Positions 28,834 to 37,659 of a stretch of 64,000 bases of DNA are shown here, piece by piece. This stretch comes from a virus (taxonomy: Duplodnaviria; Heunggongvirae; Uroviricota; Caudoviricetes): IMG/VR virus record IMGVR_UViG_3300021399_000107, positions 93,173 to 157,172 of that record; one strand, 5' to 3'. A model generated the notes under the pieces. That model had not been told where the DNA came from. It did no database searches and was given only the letters and a program-made list of their open reading frames with translations. The position numbers were made by a program, and so were the translations under genes. Numbering within the stretch: position 1 is the stretch's first letter; every line of letters begins with the position of its first letter.

Positions 28834-28862
28834 TTATGTAAATATTATAACTTAAATTCAAC
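28834..28862 (-). promoter_or_regulatory. consensus promoter driving tRNA-Leu
   Basis: ATTATA-N17-AGTCAA on the plus strand, about 90 nt upstream of the tRNA. Confidence 0.55.
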
Positions 28863-28875
28863 CAAAAGTCAAATC

Positions 28876-29688
28876 TTAGTCATAAACAATTACCGTAGTA
28901 CCAGTTTGCGCTTTTCGCGCAAGTTGCTCAACAGTAGTAAAAGCAACATTTACGCATCCGTGAGAACCATTGGCGGCATAGCCAGCCCCTCCGAAAGAAG
29001 AACGCCATGAGGCATCGTGAATGGCAATGCCATTGTTGAAATACAACGCTATTTGAACGTTCTGCTCACCCATAGTCTCATTGCGCCCAACGCGATAAAT
29101 TTTGTACACGCCAGAAGGAGTCGGCGTAGCGTCAGCCCCAGTAACACATTTCGCATCACAAACCAGCTCACCATTGGCGTATTGCTTCACTGTCTGCGCC
29201 TGCTTGGACACAAAAATCGCATCCTTATTTTGTTCCAAACAATAAGCTTCAATGTCATCTGTGACGCAACTTTTATGGATGTAGAAGCCACTTTTGGTTT
29301 TATACCATTCGCCAGTTTCACCGATAATTTTTAGGCGAGTACCAAACGAAAGTGTTTCATGCACAGCAGAATGTGTTGATGGTTCGGTGCGAATGTTAGC
29401 CTTGAATACGCAAATGGTACGATAGGTATTTAAAGCTTTTACCACCATATTATCTTGTTTTGCTACATTCTGCGCATAAACATAATGTCCATTACTAAGT
29501 TTGGCCCAACCGTCTACAATTTCCTTCACAGAAAGAGAGTCACCGACATTGTGCATGGTCACGATTTCGTAGGAGGTGCTTGGGCCAGTACGCTCATAAA
29601 CATTATGGGTTACGGTATATGTAGCTCCGCGTGCGGCCGCAGGAGCAAACAATAGAATGGCAGTAAGCGCAATAATTGTTTTTCTCAT
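28876..29688 (-). CDS. secreted L,D-transpeptidase (YkuD domain) with signal peptide
   Basis: N-terminal MRKTIIALTAILLFAPAAARG signal peptide. C-terminal GSHGCVNV is the L,D-transpeptidase catalytic H-G-C motif. Confidence 0.65.
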   Translation of the reverse strand: MRKTIIALTAILLFAPAAARGATYTVTHNVYERTGPSTSYEIVTMHNVGDSLSVKEIVDGWAKLSNGHYVYAQNVAKQDNMVVKALNTYRTICVFKANIRTEPSTHSAVHETLSFGTRLKIIGETGEWYKTKSGFYIHKSCVTDDIEAYCLEQNKDAIFVSKQAQTVKQYANGELVCDAKCVTGADATPTPSGVYKIYRVGRNETMGEQNVQIALYFNNGIAIHDASWRSSFGGAGYAANGSHGCVNVAFTTVEQLARKAQTGTTVIVYD

Positions 29689-29926
29689 ATAATACCCACC
29701 TTTTTTCTACGGTAACGAGAACTCCTTGTACCATTGTACATGAGATACTCGGTGGCGGACTCAGTTTACCGAAATTTCCCTTGTAGTCCCGTAGGTGGAA
29801 CCGCCGCCCAAAACTGCCAGTCAACATCAAGCTCTTCCGCTTGCTTGACGCGACTCCAAGAAGAAGAAAACACCAGACGACCGTGAGCGCGCATAAACAT
29901 CATCCTTTCGTTCTTTCTGCTTCTAT

Positions 29927-30093
29927 TATACTAAAATTCATACTTTTTGTCAATTGTTGAACTGGTGAAAATTGCCTCATAAAATGCTGCCGCAAACGCC
30001 TTGAGCGTTTCATAAGAAACATCATCAGTGTCCTCGAAACGATATTCGTGATCAATATGGATGCCTTCATCAGTATCCCAACGAAACTCCAAA
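29927..30093 (-). CDS. small acidic hypothetical protein (56 aa)
   Basis: Own translation MGKYLEFRWDTDEGIHIDHEYRFEDTDDV... TAAATG stop/start overlap with the upstream gene. Confidence 0.3.
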
Positions 30094-30096
30094 TAC

Positions 30097-30696
30097 TTAC
30101 CCATTTAACTGACCTGCGTCACACGTTATAGATTGATTTGGTAGATAGAGAGTATAGGTTAGTTGATTGCGCCTTGTGGTACAATAATAAACATTCGGAA
30201 TGTCATTAAAGATTTCATGCGCAAGAATCTGATACAGAGTTGAACAAAAGCCATTATAGTCGCTTAGATTGTCATTCCAATACTGAACAACCTCGTTCTT
30301 AAACATAATGTAAACTAGCTCGGCATCACAAATTCCTCGAATTACATTGATGGTGTCAACAATGGGATTACCTGCAAAAGCATTACGGAAAAGCTGCTCA
30401 AGATTCGCCACGTCATTCTTTACGTAGCTAACACGTGTTACATTACATGGCACAACACGTACATGCACAGTAATATTTCCAAATTCCTTGGTGTCGCGCA
30501 GTAGAATCGAAAGTGCGTCCGCCTTCGCTGCATTTTCTACATAAAGCGTAATGATACGGTCAGTAGGATTCTCGTCATCGTAAATAATACGAATATCTTT
30601 ATCGTCCTTAAAAAACACCTCAAGTCGGCTTTTATACTCTTCCCAAGGTGGCGATACATGTAGTCTAGGCATATTATTATTCTCCTTTATATACAT
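30097..30696 (-). CDS. hypothetical protein
   Basis: 199-aa ORF. Confidence 0.4.
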   Translation of the reverse strand: MYIKENNNMPRLHVSPPWEEYKSRLEVFFKDDKDIRIIYDDENPTDRIITLYVENAAKADALSILLRDTKEFGNITVHVRVVPCNVTRVSYVKNDVANLEQLFRNAFAGNPIVDTINVIRGICDAELVYIMFKNEVVQYWNDNLSDYNGFCSTLYQILAHEIFNDIPNVYYCTTRRNQLTYTLYLPNQSITCDAGQLNG

Positions 30697-30934
30697 TTAA
30701 TTGAGAGAGAAGGTCTCCAAAATTATTATGAAACATTGCTTGGCTATAAATTTGGCTATTTGGATTAAAATACTGGTCTACTATTCTGAAATAGGTACGA
30801 AACTGCTGGAGTTGCCGTTCGTATTTTTGACTAACTTCGTCTTCAATTTTTTGTCTTACAAAAGATGATTTACAAGCGGCTTCCCAGCCTGCAACCCATC
30901 CTTCGCCATAGGCTTGACATTCTGATTTTACCAT
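30677..30934 (-). CDS. hypothetical protein
   Basis: 85-aa ORF. Confidence 0.3.
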   Translation of the reverse strand: MVKSECQAYGEGWVAGWEAACKSSFVRQKIEDEVSQKYERQLQQFRTYFRIVDQYFNPNSQIYSQAMFHNNFGDLLSQLNVYKGE

Positions 30935-31191
30935 AAATCCTCACTATATAACTCAGGTACTTGTTCACAAATTTGGCCACAATGTCGCGCTTCTAGCGCG
31001 GCTTCGGTTCTATTATAAAACCTATCCTTTTCGTCAAGAAAACCTTGCTCTACTTCAATATAATCAGTACCTTTTGTATAGCCAAATTCCTTTAGAATTT
31101 GAAAGGCATCACAATGGCGATGACATGGTATACAAATTGTTTTACAATTTTGCCGCAAGTCAATGATTTTTACAGCTGCTGTGACAATCAT
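30928..31191 (-). CDS. hypothetical Cys-containing protein
   Basis: 87-aa ORF. Confidence 0.3.
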   Translation of the reverse strand: MIVTAAVKIIDLRQNCKTICIPCHRHCDAFQILKEFGYTKGTDYIEVEQGFLDEKDRFYNRTEAALEARHCGQICEQVPELYSEDLW

Positions 31192-31408
31192 TTAGTGACT
31201 CCTTAAATATTTTTACTGCTTTACCAAGCCGAATCAGCTCATTATTTTTTTGTTGTTCTTCTAATATATGATTTAATCTCCATTCTAAATATTTTACTTG
31301 TTCTTTATAATACTCTTTATCTTCTTCAACTTCAATTAATAAATTTTCATAATACCTTTTACAATCTTGATAACCATCATAATACCCGTATTCATAAGGC
31401 TTTTTCAT
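31160..31408 (-). CDS. hypothetical protein
   Basis: 82-aa ORF. Confidence 0.3.
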   Translation of the reverse strand: MKKPYEYGYYDGYQDCKRYYENLLIEVEEDKEYYKEQVKYLEWRLNHILEEQQKNNELIRLGKAVKIFKESLNDCHSSCKNH

Positions 31409-31459
31409 ATAATAATAAAGTCTCCTTGGTTATGCACTATTCACCCTTTCTTTATTACT

Positions 31460-31488
31460 ATTATACCTCAATTTTCAAAAAAAGTCAA
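31460..31488 (-). promoter_or_regulatory. consensus promoter TTGACT-17-TATAAT
   Basis: ATTATA-N17-AGTCAA on the plus strand. Confidence 0.55.
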
Positions 31489-31502
31489 AAGAAAAGGTTG
31501 CC

Positions 31503-32486
31503 TTAATCGGCAACCTCACCCATATCCATAATTGTCATAGCATTATCGGTAGAAACTGTAGGAAGTTTTCCATTCCATTGCTTAATCCAGTAGTATCTAA
31601 TAAGTTCAGGAGTTAGTGCTTCTGAAATTCTCTTATTCATTTCGGCTTCCTTCTCGCCAGCATATAGCGCGGCTTCAGCCTGAATTTTAACAACTTCAAG
31701 ATCTGCCTGCGCAGCAATCTTAGCTTTTTCAGCTTCGGCGTTAGCTACAATTACAGCACGGTTAGCTGCGGCTTCTTCTTCCATTGTCATACGTTCCTGC
31801 TCAGTTTGAGCGCGCTGTTTTTCTTGCGTAGCGACCTGCTTAGCTTCGACCGCGGCTTCAAATGCGTCAGTAAAATCAACGTTTTCAAGGGCGAGCGAAA
31901 TAACATTAATGCCTTTTTCTGTTAGTTCTTCCTTAATAAGTTCATAAATAGTATCCGATGCGGCCTGTCTATTACTTATAAGGTCTTCCGCAGTATATCT
32001 AGCAATAACAATCTTTACATCTTCTTGAATACGCGGAGTTACAAAAATATTAACATAATCAATACCTACTTCACGATACAGGTTCATCGCAGTAGCTTTA
32101 TTAATGTTAATATTAATAGAACCTTGAATATCTACTTGTTGGATGTCCTTTGAGAAAGCTTGTAGTGTAAAAGGTACGCGCTGTTCCCTATTGTCCATAT
32201 TGACAACATTAATCCAAGGTGCGTGCCACACAAGTCCAGCATCAAGTGTACCATCATTTACGCGACCGAAAGTAGTTTGGATACCGGTATGACCAGTTGG
32301 TACAACGCTCATACAACTAAATAAAATTAGGCCGCACCCAAAAATTACGCCGAGAATCCTAGTGACGTTACGATACTTACTTTTATCAATTCTCTTGCCG
32401 TTAGCTCTTGTTTCGTCTGGAAAAATAATCATACCTGCAACAAGTCCAAAAATTAAAATAATAATACCAAGAATAAAAGTGCCCAT
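31503..32486 (-). CDS. SPFH/band-7 (stomatin/prohibitin/HflC-like) membrane protein
   Basis: N-terminal TM segment, an SPFH core and an Ala/Glu-rich coiled-coil C-terminus. Confidence 0.7.
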   Translation of the reverse strand: MGTFILGIIILIFGLVAGMIIFPDETRANGKRIDKSKYRNVTRILGVIFGCGLILFSCMSVVPTGHTGIQTTFGRVNDGTLDAGLVWHAPWINVVNMDNREQRVPFTLQAFSKDIQQVDIQGSINININKATAMNLYREVGIDYVNIFVTPRIQEDVKIVIARYTAEDLISNRQAASDTIYELIKEELTEKGINVISLALENVDFTDAFEAAVEAKQVATQEKQRAQTEQERMTMEEEAAANRAVIVANAEAEKAKIAAQADLEVVKIQAEAALYAGEKEAEMNKRISEALTPELIRYYWIKQWNGKLPTVSTDNAMTIMDMGEVAD

Positions 32487-32713
32487 ACATCCTCCTTAAT
32501 TATAGTATATCATGTAAGTCCACAATTTTATTTCAAGCTTCATCAGAAATGCCGCTGCAAATCTATTTTTCAAAAAATTAAAAAACATTATTATTAGTAT
32601 TGTCTACGGCTTGAGAAATAATTATATTACAAAATAAACAAGTTCTGCCTAAGTCATAAATGGTTACTTCCTTTCTTCTGGCGCTTCGGCAACAAATGAA
32701 ATATCACAACCAT

Positions 32714-32944
32714 CTAATATAAATTTAATTTTTTTAACTTATTTTGCTCCTTACAACTTTCATATTCAAACATACGTTTTTCAATCTCCGCTTCGTAATC
32801 TTGATAATTCTGAATAAGCATGGATTCCAATTCTTCGCTAATAAAGCCATGATATTCTTGCTTTTTATATTTCCAATAATCTAACCGCGCTTCAAAATAT
32901 TCATCCAAAAGTTCGTGAAACGAAAGCTTAGAATAATAGCCCAT
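32714..32944 (-). CDS. hypothetical protein
   Basis: 76-aa ORF. Confidence 0.3.
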   Translation of the reverse strand: MGYYSKLSFHELLDEYFEARLDYWKYKKQEYHGFISEELESMLIQNYQDYEAEIEKRMFEYESCKEQNKLKKLNLY

Positions 32945-33014
32945 AATGACATAAATCCTTCCTTAAAATTCGCATTCATCTCATATAAATATTAAGACTA
33001 TTTTCTAGACCATA

Positions 33015-33245
33015 TTAATAATAATAACGCAGTGCACAAGTCGGTATATTAATTTGTGAATATAAAGAATATTGCATTATTGGATATGCTAATAGTGATG
33101 CTTGATTGATTTGATTTTGTAATTCTTGTAGACTTTTTTCATACTTTTCTTTGTCTTGTAGTTGAAATTTTTCTTTAAGATAATCAGAGTTAAGTGCGGC
33201 ATTAAAGCCATCTACAAAACCTTGACCGTAGTCTTCATGAGCCAT
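33015..33245 (-). CDS. hypothetical protein
   Basis: 76-aa ORF. Confidence 0.3.
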   Translation of the reverse strand: MAHEDYGQGFVDGFNAALNSDYLKEKFQLQDKEKYEKSLQELQNQINQASLLAYPIMQYSLYSQINIPTCALRYYY

Positions 33246-33614
33246 TTAATAAATCTCCTTATATCCGTAATGTGTAAGCAGATGCCGCATATTATTTGCT
33301 CCAATTGGATTCATAGAATGAATATGAAAACCAACAAGTGAAATCTGATTTTCAACAATCCACTTACAAATTCCATATCCGTTTGGCTCAAGTTCATTCT
33401 CATTACCTTCACCTAAATCGTGGTCAAGATCGAGAATGAATTGGGCAGTTTCACCACTATAACAAATAGCCGTGATAAGATCAATAGTTCCTTGAGCTGT
33501 TCGACAAATATGAGACCGCCAATCAGAAGTCAAATGAGAATTATACCAATCCGCATTTTCACGAATATCATCAACATAAATATAATGTTTTATATTTCTC
33601 ATCCTTCCTCGCAA
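33246..33614 (-). CDS. hypothetical protein
   Basis: 122-aa ORF. Confidence 0.4.
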   Translation of the reverse strand: MRGRMRNIKHYIYVDDIRENADWYNSHLTSDWRSHICRTAQGTIDLITAICYSGETAQFILDLDHDLGEGNENELEPNGYGICKWIVENQISLVGFHIHSMNPIGANNMRHLLTHYGYKEIY

Positions 33615-33679
33615 CTTAAAACGTTAATTTAGAATAATAGCCCATAAAAACAAAAAACCTCCTTCCTTATTACGATAAT

Positions 33680-33708
33680 ATTATATCATAAATTTGAAAG
33701 AAGGTCAA
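33680..33708 (-). promoter_or_regulatory. promoter TTGACC-17-TATAAT
   Basis: ATTATA-N17-GGTCAA on the plus strand. Confidence 0.5.
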
Positions 33709-33787
33709 CTATTTGATTAGAAGAATTTTAGAAAGTGAAGGAGGAAAGAAGCATAAATTTGTATTCTTCTAATCCGCGAGATATGAA

Positions 33788-33862
33788 TGGTCGGCGTGGG
33801 CGGAGTTGGACCACCGTTCGACGCTTATAAGACGCCAGCACTAACCGTTATACTACACGCCG
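33788..33862 (-). tRNA. tRNA with anticodon UAU (Ile/AUA-decoding type), atypical T-loop
   Basis: Minus-strand fold: CGGCGTG-TA-GTAT-AACGGTTA-GTGC-T-GGCGT-CTTATAA-GCGTC-GAAC-GGTGG-TCCAACT-CCGCC-CACGCCG-A-CCA. 75 nt, perfect acceptor stem. The T-loop has C55 instead of U. Confidence 0.5.
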
Positions 33863-34560
33863 TCAAAAAAATCCTATGATGTGCTATTACGCCAAATTAT
33901 CCACCAAGATATGTCTCCGGCAAGTAAGTGATAGATATACCTCTCTCATAACACTTACCTTAATTCTCGTCAGAATCCGTCGCCTACGATATTTTCATAT
34001 CACATTATCTATTCGTCAATAGCGTGAGATACGGGCATTGCCCATCAAATATCGTAATTGTAAACCTAGTAGGATTCCTCTACCATTAGCTTACAACGCT
34101 GACAGCGATAAACTCTTTAGAAGATGGCTGTTTCTAAGCCAACTTTTCATAGGATAAAAAGAGAAACAGAACTAAGTTTCGTACTGCCGTCCTAGACCTC
34201 ATCCTGTTTCTCTTGCGGCCAAAGTTCGCGTTACCTTGGCGCGCACGCGGTTTAACTTGGGACGCAGCCCGAGCTGGACTGACGTGCCAGCCTACGGTTT
34301 GCTATTATGGTACTAACTTCACCAAATAGATTAGAACTAGAATCTATTAAACTAGGACATAATAAATCTACATCAGTACTCAATGCTTACGATCAGATAA
34401 GACCGGCGATTTCTTCTAAATCTTACAATAGCTATGTCATTTCTATTGCATAGATGCTAAAACTAGTACATATTTACTGGTAGCAGACCGAATGTACAGA
34501 ACGGATTAATTTCAGGCATTAATTGCCGCCAACCACACTCTACCTTATGCGTTTGGCATA

Positions 34561-34634
34561 TGGAGCACGATACCAGACTCGAACTGGCAACGCAACCTTG
34601 GAAGGGTCGAATGTTACCATTACACTAATCGTGC
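34561..34634 (-). tRNA. tRNA-Gly(UCC)
   Basis: Minus-strand fold: GCACGAT-TA-GTGT-AATGGTA-ACAT-T-CGACC-CTTCCAA-GGTTG-CGTT-GCCAG-TTCGAGT-CTGGT-ATCGTGC-T-CCA. Confidence 0.7.
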
Positions 34635-34674
34635 ATAAGCGGGGCGATTTTAAAGTCCACGCCCCTCAATGGAC

Positions 34675-35007
34675 TTACAGCAGGTCAAAGATGTCGAAAA
34701 GAGTTGGCACAACGCTATCATTCTGCTTTAGCGTCTGATGATAATAACCATACTTCTTACAGAAATCTGAAAGCTTCTGCGAGTATTCGGAACGTGCCTT
34801 CTGGAGGGTCTTGAAGGCGGCATCAACCTCAGCAGCGGCCTGCTTGCGCTCCGCGGCTTGCTGTTCCTTGATTGCCCGTTCCTTTGCCTGCGCGGCTTCG
34901 CGTTCCTTACGTGCCTGTGCCTGCTTAGCTTCGTATTCAGCCTCAGCTGTTAGGCAATCCTTTTCGGTGTTATAAGTTCGACCTAGAATTTCACTGTAAT
35001 ACTTCAT
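34675..35007 (-). CDS. Ala/Glu/Lys-rich coiled-coil protein
   Basis: 110-aa ORF. Confidence 0.4.
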   Translation of the reverse strand: MKYYSEILGRTYNTEKDCLTAEAEYEAKQAQARKEREAAQAKERAIKEQQAAERKQAAAEVDAAFKTLQKARSEYSQKLSDFCKKYGYYHQTLKQNDSVVPTLFDIFDLL

Positions 35008-35084
35008 AATATAAGTTCCTCTCCTTATAATGATTTATGTTGGAAGAAGCAAGTTCCTCTCCTTTCTCCCTCTCAACATAAATA

Positions 35085-35113
35085 ATTATAGCACAAATTT
35101 AAGCGAGAGTCAA
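35085..35113 (-). promoter_or_regulatory. consensus promoter TTGACT-17-TATAAT
   Basis: ATTATA-N17-AGTCAA on the plus strand. Confidence 0.55.
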
Positions 35114-35237
35114 ACCTTCGTTGGATGAGTTTTGTAGTATTCATCCAGTAGAGTTTCTACTGCTAAACGTAAATGCTGAGGAACATCATTAATTGTTTTT
35201 CGGCCATTAATAATTAGGTTGAAATAAATCTTTGCCA

Positions 35238-35525
35238 TTATTCCATTCCTCCAAGCATTTCGTAAACATCACAAAGCGCACTTTGAGTATCTAAAAGTTC
35301 AGTTTGAAGATTAGCATTATCTTCATCCATTTTATGGATATACTCATCTTTTGTATAACCATAATAATCAAACTCATACCCTTTCATTGTATGATCTTCA
35401 TCAATGACTTTGGTATAAGGTTGGATATTTTCTGCTACAAATACCATTGTTTGCTGTACATCTACTTTAGGAGGTTCAATGTCAGAATAGGTATGACCGT
35501 AGTTAATCATTATTATCCCTCCCAT
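35238..35525 (-). CDS. hypothetical acidic protein
   Basis: 95-aa ORF. Confidence 0.35.
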   Translation of the reverse strand: MGGIIMINYGHTYSDIEPPKVDVQQTMVFVAENIQPYTKVIDEDHTMKGYEFDYYGYTKDEYIHKMDEDNANLQTELLDTQSALCDVYEMLGGME

Positions 35526-37441
35526 TTAGTTTTCCAAAGGTTGTAGTTTGCGTCATGAATGGCACCTGGGGTTGGCACATGGATTAGGCGCGCAGAGTAA
35601 CGATTACTGTATTGATTGGTACTGTAATCACTAGCAATATAGAATGGGCCATTATTATCGCCAGAAGAATAGTTACCACCAAAGGCGACAATATGAGTGT
35701 CATTAAGATTGCTGGTTAGGAAATCATAGTCGCCTACCGGTACTGCCGCATTACCAGTAACTGAGCCGCCAGTAGGAATGAAAGCCCAATCATAGTCAGG
35801 GTCATAGCCAAATTGCCCAATCCAAGAAGAGAGGTTCGGAAGAGTGAAAGACATGGCTTCAAAGGTATCGGTATCATAATTAAAAGTTGAGCAAACTATT
35901 GGCGCGCCGCCTTTAAGCGAGCCATCGCCATAAACACGCGCGTTGCCAATCATACGCCATGTATTGCCCCAAGGATTTTCAAAACCACGATAGGAAATGG
36001 CGCGCTTACCATTAACTGTGTAGGTTTCTACGGTGCCGCCATGCTCGTTAATTGTTGAATCGGCGTGTCCAGTAGCGTTGCCCAAAGACGAAGTGGAACC
36101 AGTTAGCGAAGCGCCATTAATGTTGTTGTATGCGGGCAAATCACTAATGCCGCGTTCAATCGCTTCTTGGCCATTGAACGTGTTAAATTCGAGTGTACAA
36201 AGCATTTGGTTGATGCTTTCCATTTCGAGTGTCATAATATGCCAGCCGATGCCCCTGTTTTTTGCCATACGCTCTGCCGCATCTGCTGTGAAGCTTTTAG
36301 AAGCGCCTGTAATTGGCTTGACATTAGCAACAGAAGAGAGATAGGCGGTATTAAAATTAGTGGTACTGGCGTCTGCTGTATCGTATGTTGCGGTGGTTGG
36401 ATCATAGGCACAACCTTCATAAGCGCCCAAGAGGACATATTCTAATTCTTTGCCGTCATCAGTTAGGAAAGCTGGGTGAATCTTTAGTCCTTTTTGTGGG
36501 ACCGATGAGACCGCAAATACCTCCTTGATAACATTTCCGCTGGTATCATAATCCAATGGCATCCTTACATAATAGAACTTGGGTTGATAAACCATTGTTT
36601 GGTATCCAGAAGCCATAGTATCATTATAGTTAGCATCGCCATAGAAAGCTACAATGCGTCCCGTATTGTCTACAAGACAGCGTTTGCGACCACCGAACGG
36701 TACACTAGCGTCATAATCGACTTGCCCAATAGAGTTATATTTGCGCGCAAAAGTTTTATTCTTATAGTCTACTTCGATACCGAAAGCGTTTACTGGTACA
36801 AAAGTACCTGCCGCTATTTCTGCCTCAATAATAGATTCTTCGGTGATTTGACCAGGGGTAATTGCGCCTTCATCTCCAACTACAACAATTTTTCCCTCAT
36901 CCTCAGGGTCAAAAGATGGAGTTGTACCGCCGCCACCGCCACCTGACTCTTCAATCTCCTTTTCTAGCTGTACCTTGAGATCATTAAGAGCCTTGGTAAT
37001 GGCGTCTTGCGTCATACCACCTGTCTTGCTTGTGCCTGTGACCGCATAAAGAGTAAGATAGTTTGTAGCATTACTAAGAACTTCTTGCGCATACCGAAGG
37101 GTCATAGAGAAATTGGTTGCACTTGCGGCGACAGCTGGGTCTGAAGAAATAGCCAATTTACGAATTTCTGTCGTAATTGCGTCTTTATCTACCTCTTCAA
37201 TTTGTTCTAGCGCTTCTTCCACCTCTGTTAATGCCTGTTGCACTTGAGTCAGTGTCGCTTGTGTTTGTGTAACATTATCTTGGGCAGCTTCATTTATTTC
37301 ATTTACGGTTGTGACTGCTTCCTGCGCGGCTGCTACTGCTGTGTTTGCGTTAGTTACGGCGGCGCGCGCCTTCGCTGCGTAGGTTTCAATTTGTCCTTGT
37401 GGAGTTAATGATTTTGCAAGAATGACATCAATTATATCCAT
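35513..37441 (-). CDS. tail fibre / receptor-binding protein (coiled-coil N-terminus, Gly linker, globular C-terminus)
   Basis: 642 aa. N-terminal Ala/Gln-rich coiled coil, a GGGGGG linker, and a Gly/Asn/Tyr-rich C-terminus. Confidence 0.5.
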   Translation of the reverse strand: MDIIDVILAKSLTPQGQIETYAAKARAAVTNANTAVAAAQEAVTTVNEINEAAQDNVTQTQATLTQVQQALTEVEEALEQIEEVDKDAITTEIRKLAISSDPAVAASATNFSMTLRYAQEVLSNATNYLTLYAVTGTSKTGGMTQDAITKALNDLKVQLEKEIEESGGGGGGTTPSFDPEDEGKIVVVGDEGAITPGQITEESIIEAEIAAGTFVPVNAFGIEVDYKNKTFARKYNSIGQVDYDASVPFGGRKRCLVDNTGRIVAFYGDANYNDTMASGYQTMVYQPKFYYVRMPLDYDTSGNVIKEVFAVSSVPQKGLKIHPAFLTDDGKELEYVLLGAYEGCAYDPTTATYDTADASTTNFNTAYLSSVANVKPITGASKSFTADAAERMAKNRGIGWHIMTLEMESINQMLCTLEFNTFNGQEAIERGISDLPAYNNINGASLTGSTSSLGNATGHADSTINEHGGTVETYTVNGKRAISYRGFENPWGNTWRMIGNARVYGDGSLKGGAPIVCSTFNYDTDTFEAMSFTLPNLSSWIGQFGYDPDYDWAFIPTGGSVTGNAAVPVGDYDFLTSNLNDTHIVAFGGNYSSGDNNGPFYIASDYSTNQYSNRYSARLIHVPTPGAIHDANYNLWKTKWEG

Positions 37442-37453
37442 AAAGTTGCCTCC

Positions 37454-37648
37454 TTATCCAATAAGATGCCACTGTTTATCACTGGAAGCCATGTAAACAG
37501 TGAGTTTACCATCGTCATCTAAAACAATGGCTACCGACCCCAAGTTGATTAGCTTGGGGTCGATAGTTTCTAGATCAGCGATGGTATCACATATGTGTTC
37601 ATAAGTAGCCACATTATCCATTTGGCCACGTTTTGTTGTTTGTACCAT
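37454..37648 (-). CDS. small protein paralogous to N-terminal domain of the 1278-aa fibre
   Basis: MVQTTKRGQMDNVATYEHICDTIADL...GSVAIVLDDDGKLTVYM aligns with the fibre N-terminus MTKRGNHDNIVTYEHICDRHADL...GSVAIVLKDEGGVLGVYM. It has its own GGAGG ribosome-binding site. Confidence 0.5.
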   Translation of the reverse strand: MVQTTKRGQMDNVATYEHICDTIADLETIDPKLINLGSVAIVLDDDGKLTVYMASSDKQWHLIG

Positions 37649-37659
37649 CTTTATCACCT

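Noticed and set aside
29603-29830. 75-aa minus ORF
   Set aside because: It overlaps the N-terminus of the L,D-transpeptidase gene and its 5' leader, and has no ribosome-binding site.
29689-29900. ydaO/c-di-AMP riboswitch call for the L,D-transpeptidase leader
   Set aside because: The conserved ydaO core could not be recognised by eye. Only generic GC-rich complementarity is visible, so it is mentioned as a structured leader only.
34156-34211. The 11-bp stem hairpin as a tRNA
   Set aside because: It is a 56-nt hairpin with a 34-nt loop and has no cloverleaf arms.
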